Assembly (NCBI GenBank): GCA_944358945.1
Contig: CALVSH010000021.1
Span: 1 to 44,239 of the forward strand
Reading direction: 5' to 3'
DNA: 44,239 nucleotides
Source of the DNA: an uncultured Bacilli bacterium
GTDB taxonomy: Bacteria > Bacillota_I > Bacilli_A > RF39 > UBA660
In this document: piece after piece, positions 37,377-44,239 of the stretch
Layout of the letters: the number at the start of each line of letters is the position of its first letter
Numbering within the stretch: position 1 is the stretch's first letter
The notes under the pieces: model-generated
Seen by the model: the letters and a program-made list of their open reading frames with translations, nothing else
Told to the model about the DNA's origin: nothing
The model's database searches: none
Program-made: the position numbers and the translations under genes

Positions 37377-38475
37377 TTATTTTTGTTGTTTTAAATTCGC
37401 TTCTATAAATATGTCGATATCTCCATCTAGTACTTTTCCTACGTTACTGGTTTCTACATTCGTTCTATGGTCTTTCACTAAGGAATATGGGTGTAGAATG
37501 TAACTTCTAATTTGAGATCCAAAGTTTATATTCATTTGGTCTCCTTTTATTTCGTTTAGTTCTTTTTCTTGTTCTTCTAGTTTTTTTATTAAAAGTTTGT
37601 TTTTTAAAACTTTTAAAGCTTGTTCTTTATTTTGTATTTGACTTCTTTCATTTTGGCAAGTTACTACTATCTTAGTTGGTAGATGAGTGATTCTTACGGC
37701 AGAATCTGTTGTGTTTACTCCTTGCCCACCAGCTCCTGTTGAGCGATAAACATCGATCTTTAAATCTTTTTCATCTATCTCAATCGTATTATCTTGTTCT
37801 ATTTCTGGTGTTACTTCGACTGATGCAAAAGAGGTATGGCGTCTATTGTTAGAATCAAATGGAGATAGTCTTACTAAACGATGTACACCTTTTTCATTTT
37901 TTAAGTAACCATAGGCATTTTGTCCCTTTACTCTGATTGCCACACTCTTTATTCCAGCTTCTTCACCATCTTGATAATCTAAAAGTTCTACTTTGTATTT
38001 CTTTTTTTCACACCATCTAGTATACATACGATATAACATTAAAGCCCAGTCGCAAGATTCTGTTCCACCGGCACCTGGATGAATTTCTAGGATACAATCA
38101 TTTTTATCATATGGACCTGATAACAAGAGCAATAAACTTACTTCTTCTACTTTCTGAGTTGTTAATACAGTTTCTTGTTCTAATTCTTGAATGGATGACT
38201 CATCATTTTCTATTTCTAACAAATTAGTTAGTTCTAAATTATCAGATATTCCTTTTAGTAATTGTTCTATACTGTCTACTATATTTTTTTCTTCATTTAA
38301 TTCTTTGATTGTTTTTTCGGCCTGAACTCGATCATTCCAAAAATTGGGTTCATTTGTGATTTTTTCTAGCTGATTAATTTTCTCTTTTTTGGAATCAATG
38401 TCAAAGTGACCTCCATAATTCTTTTAATTTTTTTTCATTTTGAGTTAATACTTCTTTTATTTCTCTTAATTCCAT
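37377..38475 (-). CDS. prfB: Peptide chain release factor 2 with programmed +1 frameshift (join 38475-38404 and 38402-37377; 365 aa)
   Basis: GAGGTES, SPF and GGQ motifs; 24-codon first ORF ending ...WRSL then CTT TGA C. Confidence 0.97.
38400..38415 (-). promoter_or_regulatory. RF2 +1 ribosomal frameshift site
   Basis: TGGAGG-TCA-CTT-TGA-C: internal SD 3 nt before the slippery CTT-T. Confidence 0.95.
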
Positions 38476-38616
38476 AGTTCTCTCCTTTTTAGTTTGTTCT
38501 AAAATTTATTTTCTATTCTTTTCTAAAGTCAATCATAAAATAACATATATTTATATTTTTCTCAAATCTTTTTTATTATTTTGTATATTATTTTTTTACC
38601 TGCATATATTATTTAT

Positions 38617-38680
38617 GAGGAAGGTTCACTGTTACGTGTGAAGATCCTCTGTAAATAGATTTAGGAGTTTTGCTCCTTTA
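38617..38680 (+). ncRNA. Candidate small RNA with two hairpins
   Basis: GAGGA..TTCAC-N8-GTGAA..TCCTC and AGGAG-N5-CTCCT stems in AT-rich spacer DNA; preceded by GTATATT-N13-CATATATT (sigE-like). Confidence 0.35.
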
Positions 38681-38737
38681 AAAAAAAGTATTGCCTATGA
38701 TGTAAGTATTTTAAACATCATACTAGCAATACTTTTT
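38681..38737. terminator. Long bidirectional terminator-like inverted repeat
   Basis: AAAAAGTATTGC-C-TATGATGT...ACATCATA-CTA-GCAATACTTTTT. Confidence 0.65.
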
Positions 38738-39785
38738 ATTTTATATATTTTAATTCTCCCATACGTGATGTTGGTATAAAGCCAGATTCTGAGGCTATCA
38801 CATCTGGTATTCTATTTACCACGGTTGCACAAGTAAGTTCTACTGTATTCGGTTTTTCAATTACCATAGTAGTATTTGGTTCTCCATAAACAGTCCATTC
38901 ATTTCTATCAAATTCATCTTTATTGTATACTTTTCCAATACATTCTGTCTCTAGAGTGATACCTTCTTTTGTTTCAGTAGTAACTACGGCACTCATTCCT
39001 GTTGCCATACCTGCTTTTACAGTCATACCTAATGTAGATGATTCAATATCATAATCATTGAATTGTGGTACACATTTTTGTCTTTGACTAATTACTGTTA
39101 ATCCTAATTTATCACAAAGCCAACCATTTACATTCCACATATATGATGGGGCATAAGCACCACTTTCAATAACTTTTTGTCTTTCTTCATCAGATATTTC
39201 GTCGGCACTTGCGACATCACGAGCAAATTTTTCTGCCGTTAGTCCGGCACCATGAGCTTTCGCTAAGGCAATACCGTAATCTTCTACATTATAAGAAGAA
39301 CTTCCTTTTATTTTAGTGATGTTATGACTTGCTCCTACTAGAGTGGTAATTAAATTTCCCCAGAAGGCATCTTGATAACCACTACCTGTAATAGTACAAT
39401 TATTTTCTTTTGCCAACTTATCAATTTTTTCTGTAAGTGTTGGATTAGAATTCATTGGGAAGAATGCTTCTTCACAAGTAGTAATTGCATTAATACCACA
39501 TTTTGCACATACCATTAAAGCATCTTCTACATCTGCAAGTAAACTCATTGTTGTTATAATTGTGCAATCTGGTTTTAAAGTTGTTAAAAGATTTTCTACT
39601 TTCGTAACATCTTCTACTACAACTCCAATTTTATCAGTACCCATGATTTCTCCAACATCTTTCCCTATTACTGCTGGATTATTGTCTACGGCTCCTACTA
39701 TTTCTCCACCGTTTTCGATAACATAGCGCATGGTGTAAACGCTCATCTTTCCACAGCCATATTGAAATATTTTTAGTCCTTTCAT
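38736..39785 (-). CDS. DapB-like NAD(P)-dependent oxidoreductase (2,4-diaminopentanoate dehydrogenase-like family)
   Basis: YGCGKM Rossmann start, GINAITTCEEAFFP, TGSG, TCATVVNRIPDVI motifs. Confidence 0.8.
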   Translation of the reverse strand: MKGLKIFQYGCGKMSVYTMRYVIENGGEIVGAVDNNPAVIGKDVGEIMGTDKIGVVVEDVTKVENLLTTLKPDCTIITTMSLLADVEDALMVCAKCGINAITTCEEAFFPMNSNPTLTEKIDKLAKENNCTITGSGYQDAFWGNLITTLVGASHNITKIKGSSSYNVEDYGIALAKAHGAGLTAEKFARDVASADEISDEERQKVIESGAYAPSYMWNVNGWLCDKLGLTVISQRQKCVPQFNDYDIESSTLGMTVKAGMATGMSAVVTTETKEGITLETECIGKVYNKDEFDRNEWTVYGEPNTTMVIEKPNTVELTCATVVNRIPDVIASESGFIPTSRMGELKYIK

Positions 39786-39902
39786 ATTTCCCTACCTTTC
39801 TTTTTTATTATAACACGTAAATTAAAAATTATTTTTAGGTTGAAATAGAAAATTAATTACAGTAGACATTTTAGTCAATATATTTACACTGTTGGTACTG
39901 TA

Positions 39903-41150
39903 TTATTTTTTATTCATAGGTTTTAGGGATAAAGATAATTGTTTAGGAGTGTCGGTATTTCTATTTTGATAAAATCTTCTTCTGTTTCTTACTTCTTTAC
40001 AAATTGTCATTACTTCTTTTGTTTTATCACGTCTTTCTTCAACCGCTTGTAAGAACACATCACCTTGTTTAAATTGTTTTTGTTTATAATATTCTTGGGC
40101 ATATAATAAATTTAATTTATCAATTGCATCTTGAGGAATTCCAAGCTGTGTACAAGCAGTGGTGACATCAAGTCCGGAGTTGATAATATACTCATTCAGT
40201 TTTTCAAATTCCTCATCTATAGAACTATTCGTTTCAAAGTCTGTTAAATTCATACTAACTTTTGCCTTGGGTTCCAAATAATTTTTTCTATTAAATATAG
40301 ATTCTAATATTTTGCCTGTATTATTTTTATATTTTCTATTAGTGGCGATTGCGTAATAAATATTTAAATATTTGATATATTCATCTTCCTTCTTTATTTT
40401 AGAAAATAAATATCCTAGAGAAAAAATAATGTTTTCATCTAATGTATCTGCGTTTTGTAGTAATATTAGATTGTTTTTAATACTGTCATGATATCTTTTT
40501 TGTTTTGAGGCTAATTTAGCTTCTTTTAAAACCTCTTTTTGGTTTATATCCTCTTGATTATGATATTTTAAAACAATCATTTCTTTTGTGATACCCTGTA
40601 TAACAAACGGTAATATATCAGAATAGTTAGATGTCAAATCTAACATAATATCTTTATCTTCTTTTTTCATATCATCTACTAAGATGACACCTTTGTCTTT
40701 TATTAACTTGTTGTGTGATTCAGCGATATATTTTTCTAATTCTTGTTTTCTTTTTTCTATCATTTTATCTTTAACGAAATCTTTTTCTAACTGACATATT
40801 TTGGTTAATAATATGTATAGTGCATTTGTTTCTGGTTGTTCATTTCTTTTTTTCAAAGATAATATCACATTATCTAATGCAGTCATGTAATCATTGTTGT
40901 CAATTGCTTTATAAAAATTGTCATTTGTGTCTTTATTCACTTTTTTAGGAATTTCATTCGTTTCTTGCATAGCAATTATCTGTTTTGCTAACTTAAGTGA
41001 AGATCTGTTATATTTACTTAAGTCTGCTTTTTTTGATTGTTCTTCTAGATAGTCAATTATCTTTTGATACTCTTCTTGACTAGAAAAATCAGTTATTGTT
41101 TTTCTTATGTTACTCTCTATTTCAAATTGATATATTTTATCTTGTTTCAT
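39903..41150 (-). CDS. Hypothetical alpha-helical (TPR-like) protein
   Basis: 415-aa ORF with GGAGG RBS; TPR-like segments FSLGYLFSKIKKEDEYIKYL and LLYAQEYYKQKQFKQGDVFL. Confidence 0.65.
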   Translation of the reverse strand: MKQDKIYQFEIESNIRKTITDFSSQEEYQKIIDYLEEQSKKADLSKYNRSSLKLAKQIIAMQETNEIPKKVNKDTNDNFYKAIDNNDYMTALDNVILSLKKRNEQPETNALYILLTKICQLEKDFVKDKMIEKRKQELEKYIAESHNKLIKDKGVILVDDMKKEDKDIMLDLTSNYSDILPFVIQGITKEMIVLKYHNQEDINQKEVLKEAKLASKQKRYHDSIKNNLILLQNADTLDENIIFSLGYLFSKIKKEDEYIKYLNIYYAIATNRKYKNNTGKILESIFNRKNYLEPKAKVSMNLTDFETNSSIDEEFEKLNEYIINSGLDVTTACTQLGIPQDAIDKLNLLYAQEYYKQKQFKQGDVFLQAVEERRDKTKEVMTICKEVRNRRRFYQNRNTDTPKQLSLSLKPMNKK

Positions 41151-41222
41151 ATAATACCTCCTCTAACACATTTATAAGGATATAGTAACATATAAATGTT
41201 TTCGTAACAAGAATAACAAAAG

Positions 41223-41248
41223 AAAAAGCTGTTTATTTCAACAGCTTT
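41223..41248 (-). terminator. Terminator downstream of the HAD nucleotidase gene
   Basis: AAAGCTGTT-N6-AACAGCTTT inverted repeat with T run on the minus strand. Confidence 0.6.
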
Positions 41249-41402
41249 CATAATAATATACTTTAGAGATGAGTTATGTTTATGAATTATATATAAATTA
41301 AGAGGGAAATAATTCTTTTAATTTTTTCTTTTCTTTAAATTGTTGCTATTTCTATTCTTTTCTAGAAGTGTATTAATATTCTAATTTAAAAATATTAGTT
41401 AA

Positions 41403-42041
41403 TTACTTATTATAATTACATTGGATATAGTGATATATATCTTTCCAAGTCTTAAAAGTTGCTAAATCATTATTACTTCTTTTGTTACTTATTCTTATCG
41501 CCTTTATACCAGCACTTTCTACTGTTAGGCAGTTAGATTCACTGTCATCAATAAATAAATCTATATTTTCTTCTATACATGCTTTTTTCTTATCTCTTTT
41601 GTTTACTACTAATTTATCATAGTAAATATTATTTTTATCTAGCCATTCTTTACTATATTTATAAGGGTCATCATGAAACTCGCTATCTCTTGCTGTTATA
41701 ATTATAATTTCATTTCCATCTTTTTTTAGTTTTTGTATAACATCTACCACACCTTCTCTTGGGACTGCTTTATTTGTAATTTCTTCTTGTATTTCTTTTA
41801 AAAAATATTTTAATTCTTGGTAATCAAAGTGGAAAACTTCTTGCCATTTATTACCATTATTGTTTTTGTCTTCAAAATTATTTATTGACTCAATTTTCTT
41901 TCCTAGAGTTGTGGCATAGTTTGTTGCTGCTTGATATAGTTCATCTTTAATATCCGTTAAAGTATCATCTATATCTATTCCTATTCTCGTATACTTCACC
42001 CTCTCATACCTCTTGTTTCTTGTGATAGCTTTATTATTCAT
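41403..42041 (-). CDS. HAD-superfamily 5'(3')-deoxyribonucleotidase-like protein
   Basis: IGIDIDDTL, IITAR, K, FIDD motifs. Confidence 0.85.
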   Translation of the reverse strand: MNNKAITRNKRYERVKYTRIGIDIDDTLTDIKDELYQAATNYATTLGKKIESINNFEDKNNNGNKWQEVFHFDYQELKYFLKEIQEEITNKAVPREGVVDVIQKLKKDGNEIIIITARDSEFHDDPYKYSKEWLDKNNIYYDKLVVNKRDKKKACIEENIDLFIDDSESNCLTVESAGIKAIRISNKRSNNDLATFKTWKDIYHYIQCNYNK

Positions 42042-42129
42042 AATTAATTATCAAGAATAGTGGCTAGTGTTTAATCTTTGTTTAAATAATTAATATATAG
42101 ATTTTTTTATACTTTTTAGCACAAAATCA

Positions 42130-42489
42130 CTATTTAAAGATTAATTTCTTTGGTTCTTGACTGTTATTTATATTATGACGATTTTGGATATTTAAATTAT
42201 TTCTCATTTCTAGATTTAAAAGAAACACTTCTGATGTAGTATCATATATTTTTAAACCCTTTATTCGTGGGCGAATGTCACCAGAGTTACTTAGCAATGA
42301 TTGACTATATTTTCTTCCAATTTTAAATCATTCTTTTATTTTCTATTTTAGTGCTTCATTAATTTATAAGTTCTTTCCTAGCACGTTTATAACTACAAAT
42401 TGTGAAACATTGTCTACATCGTTATTTAATTTAAATATATCATATTTCACTGTTTTATAAAATGTTGTTAACACATTTATTACTAACAT
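42130..42489 (-). pseudogene. Decayed orphan gene with three in-frame stops
   Basis: One 120-codon frame: MLVINVL...GKNL*INEALK*KIKE*FKIGRKYS...SQEPKKLIFK*; the last roughly 65 codons are open. Confidence 0.45.
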
Positions 42490-42496
42490 TTTATTC

Positions 42497-43057
42497 TTAT
42501 AACCTGGTTTTGCTTTCATGCATATATAAATTTTTAAAGTGTTCTTTTGTCATGATTGTTGTGTATGTTGTAATTGGTACACCGTTTTTTTGCCAAGCAC
42601 TTGGTTCTACTTTATATGGCATAAATCCTATTTTCTCTCCAATATTTTTCGACTTTATATTTCCTTCATCGTATCCACATAAAATTTTTTCATATCCTTG
42701 ATTAAATAAAAACTTCATAATTTCTATTAGGGCTTCTACTGTATAACCATTTCTCCAAAAGGTTGGATGGGTATTAAAAGCAAGTTCAATACCCTTTATA
42801 TCTTTCTGTTCTCTATCTGCAACAATGTTTCCGATTGGTTCACCAGATGATTTAAGATAGAGAATCCAATCATATGATTCAGGATACACTTTTTCATACC
42901 CTTCTATCTTTTTTGGATCTTGTTTTATAAACTCAAACTCTCCATTAATATCTCTTAGTTTTGTAAAATCATACTTATATACTTTTTGATAGTCTTCTAG
43001 TGTCCCTCTTTTTAATATTAGTCTCTCAGTCTCAATGATAGGTGTTTCATATTCCAT
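42497..43057 (-). CDS. RimJ/RimL-type GNAT acetyltransferase
   Basis: IETERLILK, FWRNGYTVEAL, NIKSKNIGEKIGF motifs. Confidence 0.9.
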   Translation of the reverse strand: MEYETPIIETERLILKRGTLEDYQKVYKYDFTKLRDINGEFEFIKQDPKKIEGYEKVYPESYDWILYLKSSGEPIGNIVADREQKDIKGIELAFNTHPTFWRNGYTVEALIEIMKFLFNQGYEKILCGYDEGNIKSKNIGEKIGFMPYKVEPSAWQKNGVPITTYTTIMTKEHFKNLYMHESKTRL

Positions 43058-43193
43058 AATTTTATTTCTCCTTTTTATAAATTATCGTAATAATATAATG
43101 TTTTTCTAATTAAATTACTTCTTTCTAACCTTAATAACTGAAAAAAGTGTCTATATAAACATATAGCACTTTTCATAAAATACAATTCTATTT

Positions 43194-43408
43194 TTTTCCA
43201 CAACATTGTTTATATTTCTTGCCACTTCCACATGTTATTTTGGTTAAAGGATTATAAAGATTTACAATATTTATAATATTATGTGTTCACGTTGGAATAT
43301 AAGGTCAAGTTGCTTTTTATATTTATAGTATTTATTGTATTAATAATATTATAAAGATTGCTGTTTTGTGAACAAATTGTGGATAATGTCTACATTCCGT
43401 TTTACACA
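43194..43408. repeat. Intergenic DnaA-box cluster flanking an AT-rich tract
   Basis: TTTTCCACA 43194, ACTTCCACA 43224, TGTGAACAA 43367, TGTGGATAA 43378, TTTTACACA 43400. Confidence 0.55.
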
Positions 43409-43446
43409 TAAAATCAACAATTTTAACCTTATTTATTGTTAATCTT

Positions 43447-44226
43447 TTATTTATCACAGCTCTGTTTTATATAGTTATTGGCCTTATTTCTTATATCTTC
43501 CATTTGTATTTTGGCAATGCTATTTTTATAATTGAATCTATCAACTAAAATATTTATATAATCCTTATTTCTCACTACCTCAAGACTTTCCTTGAAATAA
43601 AATCCAAAAATAAACGCAATATAAGATACCCAAATATCTAGTCCAGTTTTTCTATCCTTACTTAATATTGTTTTTTCATTCATAAAGTCATTATATATCT
43701 TATCTGAAATTACACTGTATTCTATATCTTTTCTTGTAATATTTGCCATTGTATAAACATCCGATACCGTTTTTGCTCTAAATGAATCTAATTTATCAGC
43801 ATCCCTTATTATTTTGCAGTGTAATATTTCATCTTTTGTCATATTTGCTGTGTCTAATATATATTTGCTATGATTTTCAATAGCTTTTTTCATGATACTA
43901 TCGTATTTTCTATTATCAATAAAGTTTTTTATTAAATTATCATTAAATAGAAGTTTAGCACCTAAAGTCGCATGTTCCATTTTATGCAAATCTTCCCTAA
44001 AACTTTGATAATCCCTTGCTTCATAAAATCTACCAAAATCATGAAATAAAGCTATTAATTTGGCAAGTTCAATTTCTTCTGCATTTAAACCTAATTTTTT
44101 TGATAAATATTCAGCATTGTCAACAACATAGAAAGTATGTTGTAATTTATGTTTTACTTTGTCATCATTAATATCAAAGGTTTCTTTTATAAATAAAATT
44201 AATTTTTCTTTCGCGTAATTATACAT
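43447..44226 (-). CDS. HD-domain phosphohydrolase
   Basis: KLQHT, LFHDFGRF, EHA, IENH, IRDADKLD motifs. Confidence 0.9.
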   Translation of the reverse strand: MYNYAKEKLILFIKETFDINDDKVKHKLQHTFYVVDNAEYLSKKLGLNAEEIELAKLIALFHDFGRFYEARDYQSFREDLHKMEHATLGAKLLFNDNLIKNFIDNRKYDSIMKKAIENHSKYILDTANMTKDEILHCKIIRDADKLDSFRAKTVSDVYTMANITRKDIEYSVISDKIYNDFMNEKTILSKDRKTGLDIWVSYIAFIFGFYFKESLEVVRNKDYINILVDRFNYKNSIAKIQMEDIRNKANNYIKQSCDK

Positions 44227-44239
44227 ATTACCTCCTGTT

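Noticed and set aside
1062-42701. Many short + strand ORFs in the track (e.g. 1062-1313, 3503-3772, 8729-9127, 29529-29816, 42462-42701) and minus-strand overlaps 10093-10311 and 31375-31572
   Set aside because: They are antisense or out-of-frame shadows of confident genes, with no recognisable motifs
1-44239. CRISPR array, prophage, IS element, tRNA or rRNA
   Set aside because: No regularly spaced repeats, integrase, transposase, phage genes or cloverleaf-like GC-rich segments were seen

Overview
AT-rich chromosomal segment from a reduced-genome, low-GC Firmicute (Bacilli); an RF39-like gut lineage is my guess from protein style and gene losses, not a proven assignment. It uses the standard genetic code (TGA is a stop and prfB is present). 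Almost every gene is on the minus strand; only an XRE regulator, clpP and one candidate small RNA are on +. The backbone is the ancestral Bacilli block prfB (+1 frameshift) - yitT x2 - ftsEX - M23 - ... - uvrB - uvrA - lgt - yvcK - whiA - clpP - gap - pgk - tpiA - gpmI, followed by dinB and the start of the S10 operon (rpsJ, rplC). hprK, rapZ, trxB, cggR, eno and secA are absent from their usual positions, and spo0A plus many orphan genes are inserted. I found no rRNA, tRNA, CRISPR, transposase or integrase. Most notable signals: (1) a shared TGTTC(G/T)ATTG motif fused to the -35 box of exactly the three DNA-damage promoters (dinB, uvrA, uvrB), which is a lone LexA-like half-site rather than a canonical SOS palindrome; (2) a dense DnaA-box cluster inside a radical SAM coding sequence and a second, oriC-like intergenic cluster; (3) perfect Spo0A boxes at the spo0A, gap and ftsE promoters, with spo0A inside the glycolytic cluster; (4) several apparently catalytically degenerate enzyme-fold orphans (RNB, HipA-like, AAA-DUF4143, NTase, GNAT), many with lysine-rich C-terminal tails. 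All family calls come from motif recognition by eye; no database was searched.
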